Assembly (NCBI GenBank): GCA_051003195.1
Contig: JBPCLP010000003.1
Coordinates: 13,215-77,214 of the forward strand
Length of the DNA: 64,000 bases
Direction of reading: 5' to 3'
Origin: Candidatus Sumerlaeaceae bacterium
Lineage (GTDB): Bacteria > Sumerlaeota > Sumerlaeia > Sumerlaeales > Sumerlaeaceae
Part shown: positions 11,281-20,933 of the stretch, one piece after another
Numbering within the stretch: position 1 is the stretch's first letter
Layout of the letters: each line of letters starts with the position of its first letter
Translations under genes and position numbers: made by a program
Notes under the pieces: generated by a model
The model's input: the letters and a program-made list of their open reading frames with translations, nothing else
The model's database searches: none
What the model was told of the DNA's origin: nothing

Positions 11281-11739
11281 TTAGTGGTATCGAACCGCCT
11301 TCACGTGACGCCCGTCCCGCTCGAGGTGAATGAAGGCCAGTTGCGTGCAAATGACGTCGGGTATGCCACGCAGCCATGGCAAACGAAGCGTGATCGAGCC
11401 AAGCTGTTGTTTAATCCGCCTCTGAACAGGGCAAAGATCGATCACCCGGTAATGTGGGTCCGAAGGAAAAGTTTTAATCGGAAAACCCATCGCGGCAGTC
11501 CGCCTTTCAAGTGCCGGCCAGTCGCCGCTGCTGTCGATTACCGCCTGCTTGAACTGCGCGATTCTCGAGAGCGGCTGCACCTCGAATGCGTAGTGGTAAC
11601 TCAGCGCGATGAACAGCACCACTGCGGCCCATATAAGCAGGGGAGAGACGCGCCAATGCGAAGCAGTCGTGGGTTCTTCGCGCTCGCCACGCACGGGATC
11701 CAGCGACGCGCTTTGTTCACCCGCGCCGCCCGGGTTCAC
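11281..11739 (-). CDS. Hypothetical single-pass membrane protein
   Basis: 152-aa ORF with one hydrophobic segment; overlaps the upstream PhyH stop by 4 nt. Confidence 0.55.
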   Translation of the reverse strand: MNPGGAGEQSASLDPVRGEREEPTTASHWRVSPLLIWAAVVLFIALSYHYAFEVQPLSRIAQFKQAVIDSSGDWPALERRTAAMGFPIKTFPSDPHYRVIDLCPVQRRIKQQLGSITLRLPWLRGIPDVICTQLAFIHLERDGRHVKAVRYH

Positions 11740-12488
11740 AGGTACTCCAGTGGATTCCCGCCGACATTCTCCCCGCGCGCATGCCAGACCTTAAAGCCTT
11801 CATTGATCGGGCCCCCGGTCACCTTCATGCCGAGATCGAAATAGCGCATCGTGTAACCGCAACGCCGGCGCGGGCTGGTGTTAGCCTCGGCACCGTGCGC
11901 GATGCGCGAATCGTGCAGCGAGCACTCGTCCGGTTGCAGCTCAAAGTACACCGCATCCGCATCGCTGAACGTCTGCCCGCTGATCTCCTTGTCGAACAGG
12001 TTCCGGTTTGCATCCACCGCCGAGTACTCGAACCCCTCGCCTTTGTGCGTGCCGGGTATCACCTTCATGCATCCGTTTTCCTTGTCGGACGGATCGAGCG
12101 CCAGCCACATCGTCACGATGGCATCAAAGCGGTCGAACCGGCCCTTCCAGTAATCGGCATCGGTGTGCCAGGGCGTGGCGCGGCCGGTGCGCGGCTCCTT
12201 GCAGATGAAGTGGCTCGACCACAACCCGATATTCGGACCTATGATCGGCTGCACGACATCCAGCACTTCGTCGGCCAGCAGGAACTCGAACAGGCGCGGC
12301 TCGGCAAAGTGCGGCGTGTCCAGCTCGTCCATCCGTTTGGCGCCGCGCGTGGCAGCGATCTCCTCGAACAGTGCGCGCAGCCGCTCGAATTTCTCTGCGG
12401 AAAACACCGGCTTGCGGTGCAGCCAGTAGCCGTGCTCGCGGTAAAATTCCGGCCCGGCCGGATCGAGTGTGGTGGTTGTGGTTAACAT
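11736..12488 (-). CDS. Phytanoyl-CoA dioxygenase (PhyH) family Fe(II)/2-oxoglutarate dioxygenase
   Basis: WHTD...H facial triad, ENGCMKVIPGTH, N-terminal FYREHGY. Confidence 0.9.
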   Translation of the reverse strand: MLTTTTTLDPAGPEFYREHGYWLHRKPVFSAEKFERLRALFEEIAATRGAKRMDELDTPHFAEPRLFEFLLADEVLDVVQPIIGPNIGLWSSHFICKEPRTGRATPWHTDADYWKGRFDRFDAIVTMWLALDPSDKENGCMKVIPGTHKGEGFEYSAVDANRNLFDKEISGQTFSDADAVYFELQPDECSLHDSRIAHGAEANTSPRRRCGYTMRYFDLGMKVTGGPINEGFKVWHARGENVGGNPLEYL

Positions 12489-12550
12489 GGGACCAGGTAT
12501 GACGCCCGTCGAATCCGGTTTTCAAGTGTGTCTTACTGCTAAACCCCACA

Positions 12551-12638
12551 TCACCACCCCGAACCTGGCGGATCAGATCACCACCGCGAATCCGGCGGAA
12601 GTGGCCGACCAGCTCACCACCCCGAATCCGGCGCACCA
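12551..12638. repeat. Three degenerate tandem copies of TCACCACCCCGAA(T/C)CCGGCG; fourth copy at 13319-13352
   Basis: Direct reading of sequence. Confidence 0.7.
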
Positions 12639-12718
12639 GATCGGCACTGCGAGTGTTAACAAGCGACCAGCGGCGTCACTTCACCCCCTGCAGTCTTGTG
12701 AACACGGACTTCTCAACG

Positions 12719-13143
12719 TCAGGTAGGAAAGCTGGACTTGTACCGCGGATAGTTCCCGATGTACAGCAGGCCGCCGATAAAGATAAAGAGCATCGTCTTA
12801 GAGAGCAGGTTGCCCGTGAACGTGTTGTAGTTTTCGCCCCTCGGCACTTCGAAATAAAGTAGCCCTACCACCAGCGTTCCGATCCAAATGGTAAGCCACA
12901 GCGTTATCAGCAGAACCTGGAGCCGCGACAGTTGTGCGGATAATGGAGCGGCGATCAGGCAATAACAATTTTTCGGCAGAACGAGAGCTACGCCGCTGAG
13001 AAGCAAACGAGGGCTGCGAAAGTGGCCCACGACATATATGTTTCAAATGCCGCGACAGCAACTATCGCAATACTCCAGAAAAGCAAACCTGGCCAGAATT
13101 TGAATGCTTGTACACCCTCCGGCGCCAGTTCCGCATTGTTCAT
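12719..13143 (-). pseudogene. Possible frameshifted membrane protein
   Basis: Two overlapping hydrophobic ORF halves (MNNAELAPEG... and GHFRSPRLLL...) in different frames near 13000-13030. Confidence 0.35.
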
Positions 13144-13416
13144 GTAAGTGCGGAACACACTAGTCGGATTTAAAGTCAATGCGTTGCCACGCAGGCGAAT
13201 GGCGGTCGTGGGGAATTGGGGGGAACGTTTCTGCCATTTTTCCTCCTGCGCGCAGGCGATTGTTTGCTGATGGCATCGTAAGGCTCCCGGCGATAGGCAA
13301 AGGCGCAACGCACTGAATCACCACCCCGAACCCGGCGGAAGTGGCGGACCACTGTTTTGTAAATTCATCTGCCGATGGGAGTTGCACTGGCACAACGCGC
13401 GCACCAATACCGGATC

Positions 13417-13692
13417 ATGACCGCTCGAAACAGGCTGCGCAAAGTGCTGGAGGATGTGGTGGAGAAGCGGTTTCTCTACTACGGTTTTGGAATTGTGCCG
13501 ATTGGGCTGGAGCCGGAGGATTACGGCGTCGACATCGTGCGCAACCTGCCGCGTGCCGAGGCGACTGGATCCATTGAGGAACTGTACGGCGTACTCTCAC
13601 GCTACTTCTATTCGTTGGGATTCGCGGTGCTCAACCGCGTCGCGACGATCGATACGATGCAATTGATTGTGCGCGCGCTGCCCGACGAGTGA
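13417..13692 (+). CDS. Small hypothetical protein
   Basis: Host-like codon usage; MTARNRLRKVLEDVVEK. Confidence 0.6.
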   Translation: MTARNRLRKVLEDVVEKRFLYYGFGIVPIGLEPEDYGVDIVRNLPRAEATGSIEELYGVLSRYFYSLGFAVLNRVATIDTMQLIVRALPDE

Positions 13693-13777
13693 GCGACGGC
13701 TGCGGTTAGGCGGCCAGTTTCGGTTTTGCCTGATTCAGTTGCCAAAGTTATTCGGCAGCGAAGGAGAGGGAGCATAG

Positions 13778-14233
13778 TTGCAGTCGATTGACGTAAAGCT
13801 GATTCTCCTGTACCTGGCCGTTGGAGCTGGATTACTATCTGCAGCACTGCTCGTATGGATATACGCGAAGCATGGGCCTGGTGCGCTTTCTCGCCGCGGT
13901 GTTTTCCTGGCTCTCACACCCAATCTTATCGCTGGCGCTCTCATTGTTACGCTCGCCGCGCACATGCGGATCAGCCTGGGTGGCTGGCCTCAGTCGATCG
14001 GAGAAGCGGGCTTCCCGCGCCTGCTGCTTTTTCACGCGAATGTCAGCATGTACTACTTCCTCTTTTTGCTTTTTGCAACTATCGTGATGTGGCCGTTGGC
14101 CGTTATTATATCTACAGCTGTTCCCGGCCGGGCGCCACTGCCATACCTTGCATTGTACTTCATCGCGTATTGGTCCACGTGGGGAATACTCCAGCTGATG
14201 CCGCCTGGATTTCTGTATTGGTGGTGGGATTAG
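13778..14233 (+). CDS. Hypothetical 4-TM membrane protein
   Basis: GGAG-rich RBS; four hydrophobic helices; ends LYWWWD. Confidence 0.7.
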   Translation: MQSIDVKLILLYLAVGAGLLSAALLVWIYAKHGPGALSRRGVFLALTPNLIAGALIVTLAAHMRISLGGWPQSIGEAGFPRLLLFHANVSMYYFLFLLFATIVMWPLAVIISTAVPGRAPLPYLALYFIAYWSTWGILQLMPPGFLYWWWD

Positions 14234-14636
14234 AATGAGCAGGGCGGAATGCATTAGGCATTTGGTCTGGCGACGGTTGCCATGAAAGATGCTGCGCCAA
14301 ATCTGGCACGAGGAAGCCACAAGCCTGGTCAATGACATCAACAGCCAGCGTGAAACGTTTGAAGAGCTGACGGGCTATATGACCGATGATGTTCAGACCG
14401 CCAACGGTACGCTGCAAACCGCTGTAAAGTCCTGGATGACCTGCAGGAGCTGGGCAAGTTCGCCTGGGCTGTTGCTCTCAGCGCTCCGGGGTTTATTGGC
14501 TGGTTGAGCTACTTCTGTGCGGTCTCCACCGCACGGAAATCTAAGCCGCGTGGAGAACTCCTTTCTCCAAATGCGCGATCCTTATCATGAAAGTGCCAAA
14601 ATTTACTTGCTAACACATGCTTAAATTGAAACCATA

Positions 14637-16253
14637 CTAAAGCTCGTAGCGGCCCAAAATAATTAAGGGGTGATTCGCGGCAGCGTAATTGGTGATAAGT
14701 ACTCGGACTCTCTTTGTAACTGCCGAATCGTTCGCATAAAATGTATAAATTGAACCATCTGATTCTGTTTCGCCCATCGTGGTTCCGCCACACATGACGT
14801 AGAATGCAACACCAACCGGGTAATATAGGTCTGTGTCCTCAACTGTAACTTCCAGCGCTTCCCACGGCGCGACCTCAACGCTAATCCAGCGGCCATTTGC
14901 ATCCAGATTCGATGGGAAGGAGCTGCAACGGTCTATCCCGACGGATGGAATCATAACCCCGTCACTACTGAATGTGTCTGTGGGAGTTGCAGGTTGTGCA
15001 AAAGCACACGAAGCGCCTGCATATCCAGCTACCAAACTGCAAGCAGCAAGCTGAGTGTTGGTTTCGCCCAGTATGTAGTAGTCACTTCCGTCCGGAATAA
15101 ATGAGAGCTCGATCGGAGAGTTCGGCCCACTGATTGGACAATTTGCGACGGAAGAAAGTGATGTCGTTTTGTAAAGTGCAAGCGCGTGAGTGGTCGGCGA
15201 ATTGAAAACAATTGTAACGGGTCGCCCGTCGTTTGGCGGGGAAACTTTCCACCAACGATCACGATAGCCTAACCCAGAGGTATTAGTCGGAGCATATGCA
15301 TCGGAACATCCTACCATAGAATCATTAAAAGTCCAACCTGTGTCAAGCTGCATAGCCGGTATTTGCTGAGCCGTTGAATAAGTATCGGGAAATGGCCAAA
15401 TGGACGGAACAATGCCCATCTCCCCCTCAACGATCTCTATTCCGCATAGTATATGCTCTGCGTCAGTCGCATCGCCGTCTTCGCCTGGGGTGCCTGTTAT
15501 ATACTCCATGCTACAATTGTAGCCCCAACTTCCAATAGTTCCACTGCCAGCGCCGGAACTACACCAATTGCCCCCGTCGCCGCCATTACTGCCGTTTGCA
15601 GGAACTCCAATTGATTCATCTGCTTGTTGACCTGGAGCGCCGCCATTACCGCCGGTGGCTCCTCCGATGAATTGGATGGTTTCCTCTCCGTCTATCTTCT
15701 CAGCTGACAAACGGCTCAACATCGGTGTTAGGCCAGCATTGCCCCCATTTCCGCCATGTCCCGAGACTGCTTCGCAGCCACTGTTGTGCTCCGCTCCATC
15801 GCCGCCAGCACCGCCACTTCCACCTGCAAAATTCATTGTAAGTGGTTCGAACTGGCTCGAAGCGCAATTGATGTAACGAGCGCGAACGAGTAAGCCACCT
15901 CCAAAACCCCCTTCTGCACCCTTTCCTCCGCTGGTACCAGTTTCGGATGGGCTCCAGCCCCCGTCCCCGCCTCTGCCGCCGCTACCCCCAACAAAGTTAA
16001 ATGCCCCCGACAAAGTAACGGTGGTCGCGCGTACAATGAGTATACCAGCGTCTGTCCCATCCTCTCCATCTGCACCGTCTTCGAGTGTACCACCATTGGC
16101 GCCGTTATCTCCATTTGTACCCGACAAGGCCGTGTTCCAATCAGGCCCATAGATATTCACAGCGGTGTTGTTGAGGATCGATATCGGTTCTGCATGAGCG
16201 GAGGCAAGTGGTAGGTACAGCCCTACTACGAGCCATTTGAGTGATGTGGTCAT
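14637..16253 (-). CDS. Secreted glycine-rich (GxxGxxG) protein with C-terminal beta domains
   Basis: AAAGGAGG RBS, signal peptide, repeated GGxGGxGG tracts, lower GC than flanks. Confidence 0.8.
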   Translation of the reverse strand: MTTSLKWLVVGLYLPLASAHAEPISILNNTAVNIYGPDWNTALSGTNGDNGANGGTLEDGADGEDGTDAGILIVRATTVTLSGAFNFVGGSGGRGGDGGWSPSETGTSGGKGAEGGFGGGLLVRARYINCASSQFEPLTMNFAGGSGGAGGDGAEHNSGCEAVSGHGGNGGNAGLTPMLSRLSAEKIDGEETIQFIGGATGGNGGAPGQQADESIGVPANGSNGGDGGNWCSSGAGSGTIGSWGYNCSMEYITGTPGEDGDATDAEHILCGIEIVEGEMGIVPSIWPFPDTYSTAQQIPAMQLDTGWTFNDSMVGCSDAYAPTNTSGLGYRDRWWKVSPPNDGRPVTIVFNSPTTHALALYKTTSLSSVANCPISGPNSPIELSFIPDGSDYYILGETNTQLAACSLVAGYAGASCAFAQPATPTDTFSSDGVMIPSVGIDRCSSFPSNLDANGRWISVEVAPWEALEVTVEDTDLYYPVGVAFYVMCGGTTMGETESDGSIYTFYANDSAVTKRVRVLITNYAAANHPLIILGRYEL

Positions 16254-16375
16254 GACTATCCTCCTTTAAGGATACTATCAATTTTCCTTAAAGGCTAATG
16301 ACTGTGTCAAGAGAATCGGTGCAAAACAGATAAAGGGCGGCAGGCAGGCTCGGCTCCGTGTTCTTCCTTTACGTA

Positions 16376-17089
16376 TTACCTCTGCTGCGTCATAGCCGCC
16401 GTATAGAACGCCTGACCCTCGCCCTGCTTTTGGCCACCGACGCGCCAGATGCTTCCGCGGGAAACAGTTCCATTTGTCGGATCATAAAGCATTTTCATGC
16501 AGAGCGCGACAGCTGCTGGCGTGTCCTGGTCATTCACCGTTTGATTAAAGAATGTTCCCGGATTGTGGTGCATGCGATCAGGTCCGCAAGATTCAAGTAT
16601 CCACCAAGTCGGTTTCTCGGGTGAAGGGTGAGTGTTACCCCCAGGATCACCCCACACCGACTGATTTTGTTGACGCGAACTATACCAGTACTTGAAAAAA
16701 TTTTCGCGATCGGCGAACTGCTCAATGGGCTTTATGACATCAAGAGTTGCAGTCTGGTAGGTTCCGATTCCTTTAAACGGATCATTATAGTTGCCGCCGC
16801 CGGTGAGGTACGCGACTGGTGTCGATAGACGTTCAAGAGTAGGCTGCATGCCTCCGCCGATTGGGTCAAAAGCAAATACACGTGAAGATCCATTGCTGAA
16901 CGGATAGACATTTTCGTCCACCGCGTAGGCTTCCAAACCTGTTGCAATGACCCGCAGATCATTCTTTGCGCGCGCAGTTTTTGCGCGGGTCTGCGCCTCC
17001 AGGAAATTTGGAACTGCGATTGCTGCCAGGACGGCAATGATGGCTACTACAATGAGCAGCTCGATGAGAGTGAACGCGCGATGCGACAC
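16376..17089 (-). CDS. Prepilin-type N-terminal methylation protein (GspG-like pseudopilin)
   Basis: AFTLIELLIVVAIIAVLAAIAVPNF motif; C-terminal SCGPD and YDPTNGTVSRG. Confidence 0.9.
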   Translation of the reverse strand: MSHRAFTLIELLIVVAIIAVLAAIAVPNFLEAQTRAKTARAKNDLRVIATGLEAYAVDENVYPFSNGSSRVFAFDPIGGGMQPTLERLSTPVAYLTGGGNYNDPFKGIGTYQTATLDVIKPIEQFADRENFFKYWYSSRQQNQSVWGDPGGNTHPSPEKPTWWILESCGPDRMHHNPGTFFNQTVNDQDTPAAVALCMKMLYDPTNGTVSRGSIWRVGGQKQGEGQAFYTAAMTQQR

Positions 17090-17329
17090 AGGGAAACTCC
17101 TTTATTATACGGACCGGTCCAAATCGGACCAGCAGCTTCTTTTCTGCAAGGACTAAGTGTACTTACAGCGTTGGCTACAGAATGATCAGTGGACTTATTT
17201 GCAGGCCAGTAAATACCTCCACCGGTCGCATTAGCAGCGCGACGTGTGGACCCGCACGATGGCTGTTTTCATTGTCTATATGATAACCATGGTGCCCGGG
17301 CCAATCGTTAAGAACAAGGTGCGAACCGC

Positions 17330-17434
17330 AGAGCGCGTAGCGCGGCCCTTTGCTTTCTAGCCCACAACGTAGTTGTGGGAACACGTGGCTCCGCCCCCAG
17401 GTCAGAGCTGCGTAGCAGCGACGCTACCCACGCG
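17330..17434. repeat. ~105-bp multi-hairpin REP-like element, copy 1 (copy 2 at 30789-30891)
   Basis: Shared CCCTTTGCTTTCTAGCCCAC..GTA..GTGGGAA and TCAGAGCTG..GCAGCG, with compensatory stem changes. Confidence 0.75.
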
Positions 17435-17617
17435 TCACATCATGCTCATCACTCTATCATTCGTTGATCAAACTCCACACCATGCAGCTTTCATAACATC
17501 TTCATTTCCGCGCACAGCGCCGCGCTCCGCGCTCCACAGGCACTCCAGCTATTGCGGCAGTTGCAATGTGCAAATACTTCCCGTCTTTCGCATCTCTCAA
17601 CAGATCATTTCAGGAGC

Positions 17618-20431
17618 ATGACCTTGTCCTCCACGCAGTCCACCAGCATACCCGCGGCCACCGGGTTAAAGTATACCGCATACGTTTGCAGCCACACCCA
17701 CTGGGACCGGGAGTGGTACGGTAGCTTCCAGCAGTTTCGTTACCGATTCGTGCGCCTGCTGGACAACCTGATGGACCTGCTCGACCGCGACCCGGAGTAT
17801 CGCTGCTTCAACCTCGACGGCCAGACCATTGTGCTCGAAGACTACCTGGAAATCAAACCCGGGCAGCGCGCGCGGCTGGAGAAGTTCATCCGCGACGGGC
17901 GCATCGTAATCGGGCCGTGGTACATTCTGCCGGATGAGTGGCTGGTGTCCGGCGAATCCACGATTCGGAACTTCCTGCGCGGGCGCGCCATCTGCCGTGA
18001 GTTCGGTGTCGAGCCACCCAACGTCGGCTACCTGCCCGACATGTTCGGACACATCTCACAGATTCCGCAGTTGCTCGTCGGCCTCGGTATGGACAATACA
18101 ATTTTCTGGCGCGGGCTCTCCGGAGACGAGTGGAAGAGCGAATTATGGTGGGAGTCGCCCGACGGCACGCGCATCTTTGGTTACCACATCCCGGAGTACT
18201 GCGGCTACTGCAACGCCGCGTTCTTTTACCACTCCCTGCCCAAAGAAGCCCGGACGCTGCCCGAGAACACGGGTGGCGGACACATGGTGAGCGAAGACCC
18301 GGAGTTTGCCGCTACTTCACTGCGCGCGATCTGCGACCGTGCGATCGCAAAGACGCAAACGGACGTGCTGTTTCTTATGAACGGCGTCGACCACATGGAA
18401 GCGCAGCCGCAACTGCCGGAAATCCTGGCAAAGGCGCGGCAGAAGTACCCGGACCTCAGTTTTAAACATGCCACCTTCGAAGAGTTCATGGATGCTGTCA
18501 AAGCGGCCGCGCCGAAAGACATGCAGGTGATCAAGGGCGAGCAGCGGACTACCGCGCTCGCGAAGGACAGCGGCGCGATCGTGCTGCCAAACATCTTATC
18601 GTCTCGCATCCACCTCAAAATTTCCAACACCACGTGCCAGACGCTGCTGGAACGGTGGGTCGAACCGTTTGCGACTATGTCCACGCTCATCGGCAACGCC
18701 TACCCCGAAGGCTTCATCCACCATGCGTGGCGTATGCTGCTGCGCAACCATCCGCACGATTCCATCGGCGGATGCTCCATCGACGAAGTGCACTACCAGA
18801 TGGAAGCCCGCTTCAGAGAAGTGGAAGACCTGGCGACGGTCCTCACCAACGGCGCACTTTACCAGCTTACCAACGCGATCAAGACTGACGACCTCGCAGA
18901 AGACGAACTGCCGTACTTCGTCTTCAACCCGCTCAACTGGGAAGTCACCGACCTCGTCACCGTCACGATCGACATCGACGAAGACTGGCTGAAAAAACGC
19001 GGCGTCGAGATTCACCCCGATAACATCTACCGCTCCATCCGCAACCTGCGCATCCATGAGTGGGATGGAACTCCCGCCGTGTTCCACATCACGAACATCG
19101 AGCACGTGCTCGTGCACCGGTCCTGGGTGCCCCACTTCGCGCCGCTGGCTGCTGTGGTCCGCTTCACTGTTCAGCTTGCGGCAAAAAACCTTCCGCCGGT
19201 GGGGTACAAGGGGTATCGCATTGGACGGCCAAAAAAAGAAAAGCGCCTTGCTGAACGGGATATCGCATCCTGGCCAGATACAATTTCAAACGAGCACATG
19301 ACTGTGCGACTGAATGACGATGGCACTCTAATGATCGCCGGGAAGGCGGTCGGCAAAAGCGAGGTTACAGCTGGTCTGCATTATTTTGAAGACGGTGGCG
19401 ACAACGGGGACGGTTATACATATTCTCCTCCTCGGCATGACAGCGTGGTAAGTTGCGCCTCGCACGTTCAAATTTCCCGATTGCCGGAGGAGGGAGGAAT
19501 TCAAGCTCTCGCCGCAGATTACACTCTCTCGCTACCAGTGGCCCTCGCACACGACCGACAGCGCCGGGATATCGTGACATCGCCGCTACAAATTCGCTCT
19601 GTTTTCAGGATCGGACCCGGCTCGCGGCGTATTGATGTGGAAACAACACTTATAAACACAGTCAAAGACCACAGGCTTCGCGTCTGCTTTCAGTGTGCCC
19701 CGGGCGAGCATCCCAAGTCGCATGACGCGGAAATGCAATTCGACGTGGTAAAACGTCCAAACAGCGCGCAGCAGCCTCCCGAAGACATCTGGATCGAAGA
19801 CGAACCACTTGAACTTGCCCAGCAGGGATTTGTATCCATGGGTAATCTCGCGATCGCGAATTTTGGCATTCCGGAGTACGAGCCAGTTGTAGATCAACGC
19901 GGTTCGACATTGAAGCTGACTCTGCTGCGCGCAGTCAACTATCTCGGCGCCGGGGGCCATGGCAACACCATGCACGGCGGGGCAGGTCCATACATCGAAA
20001 CACCCGACCAGCAGCTACTCGGGCGCACGTACACCTTCCGCTATTCCATCATCCCCCACAGCGGCGACTGGAAAGCCGACGGTGTCCAGCAGCAGGCGCA
20101 CCAGCACAATGCGCTCTTCCGCGGGTTCATCAGCGACCGCCACGCCGGTTTCCTCGCTCCGGAGAAACTCAGCTTCCTCCAGCTCGACGGACGCAACATC
20201 GTGCTCTCCGCCATCAAACAAGTCGACGGCGAACCCGGCGCCTACATCGTACGCTTCTGGAACTCCGGCGATGAACAGGAAGACGCCCAGATCACCTGGC
20301 TTAAAGAACCCAAAACCATCCACCTCGCCAATCTTGCAGAAGTGCCTCAGCAGGAGCTGAACATCCGAAACGGCCGCACCACCGTCACCATCAACCCAAA
20401 ACAAATCGCCTCTGTGCTGTTCCGAGTCTAG
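17618..20431 (+). CDS. Cytoplasmic GH38 alpha-mannosidase (MngB-like)
   Basis: SHTHWDREWY, LDGQT, IGPWYILPDE, PDMFGH, HPHDSIGGCSID motifs; AGGAG RBS. Confidence 0.92.
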   Translation: MTLSSTQSTSIPAATGLKYTAYVCSHTHWDREWYGSFQQFRYRFVRLLDNLMDLLDRDPEYRCFNLDGQTIVLEDYLEIKPGQRARLEKFIRDGRIVIGPWYILPDEWLVSGESTIRNFLRGRAICREFGVEPPNVGYLPDMFGHISQIPQLLVGLGMDNTIFWRGLSGDEWKSELWWESPDGTRIFGYHIPEYCGYCNAAFFYHSLPKEARTLPENTGGGHMVSEDPEFAATSLRAICDRAIAKTQTDVLFLMNGVDHMEAQPQLPEILAKARQKYPDLSFKHATFEEFMDAVKAAAPKDMQVIKGEQRTTALAKDSGAIVLPNILSSRIHLKISNTTCQTLLERWVEPFATMSTLIGNAYPEGFIHHAWRMLLRNHPHDSIGGCSIDEVHYQMEARFREVEDLATVLTNGALYQLTNAIKTDDLAEDELPYFVFNPLNWEVTDLVTVTIDIDEDWLKKRGVEIHPDNIYRSIRNLRIHEWDGTPAVFHITNIEHVLVHRSWVPHFAPLAAVVRFTVQLAAKNLPPVGYKGYRIGRPKKEKRLAERDIASWPDTISNEHMTVRLNDDGTLMIAGKAVGKSEVTAGLHYFEDGGDNGDGYTYSPPRHDSVVSCASHVQISRLPEEGGIQALAADYTLSLPVALAHDRQRRDIVTSPLQIRSVFRIGPGSRRIDVETTLINTVKDHRLRVCFQCAPGEHPKSHDAEMQFDVVKRPNSAQQPPEDIWIEDEPLELAQQGFVSMGNLAIANFGIPEYEPVVDQRGSTLKLTLLRAVNYLGAGGHGNTMHGGAGPYIETPDQQLLGRTYTFRYSIIPHSGDWKADGVQQQAHQHNALFRGFISDRHAGFLAPEKLSFLQLDGRNIVLSAIKQVDGEPGAYIVRFWNSGDEQEDAQITWLKEPKTIHLANLAEVPQQELNIRNGRTTVTINPKQIASVLFRV

Positions 20432-20437
20432 TTCTTC

Positions 20438-20478
20438 ACCACAGAGGCACAGAGACACAGAGCTAGCACAGAGAAAAA
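20438..20478. repeat. CACAGAG-type short-repeat arm (left), inverted relative to 20870-20915
   Basis: ACCACAGAGGCACAGAGACACAGAG..CACAGAGAAAAA. Confidence 0.85.
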
Positions 20479-20495
20479 TGGGAGAGAAAACATCT

Positions 20496-20866
20496 ATGCC
20501 CAAAGATTTGCTTACAGAGAAAGTGATAGGTTGGGCATCGAAGTTCATCGCGAGCTTGGGCCTGGTCTGGTGGAGTCGGCGTACGAAAGATGCCTCTCGT
20601 AAGAACTAATTAAAGCCGGGATTCAGAACTTCATGCAGGTTAAGCTGCCGTTGGTTTACAAAGAGATTGAGCTGGAGTATGCCAATCGAATCGACATCCT
20701 GATAGAGAATCGGTTGATCATTGAGCTAAAGACAGTAGATTTTCTTCTGCCGATCCATGAGGCGCAATTACTGAGTTACCTTAGAATTGCTAAGATTCAC
20801 ACGGGGCTACTAATGAATTTCCATACGGTGCTGCTGAAAGATGGAATTAAGCGAATGGTCCTCTAA
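20496..20866 (+). pseudogene. GxxExxY protein (PD-(D/E)XK-like), frameshifted with an internal stop
   Basis: MPKDLLTEKVIGW / IEVHRELGPGLVESAYERCLS*ELIK...RIDILIENRLIIELK...HEAQLLSYL; frameshift ~20535, TAA at 20600. Confidence 0.9.
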
Positions 20867-20869
20867 TGC

Positions 20870-20915
20870 TTTTTCTCTGTGTCGTTTTCCTCTGTGCCTC
20901 TGTGCCTCTGTGGTT
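20870..20915. repeat. CTCTGTG-type short-repeat arm (right)
   Basis: TTTTTCTCTGTG..CTCTGTGCCTCTGTGCCTCTGTGGTT. Confidence 0.85.
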
Positions 20916-20933
20916 CAAAGCCGAACTACTCCC

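Noticed and set aside
12551..12638. Possible mini CRISPR array
   Set aside because: Repeats are degenerate, spacers are only a few bases, and there are no cas genes.
14289..14530. Short coiled-coil-like ORF fragments
   Set aside because: No recognisable family or RBS; cannot support a call.
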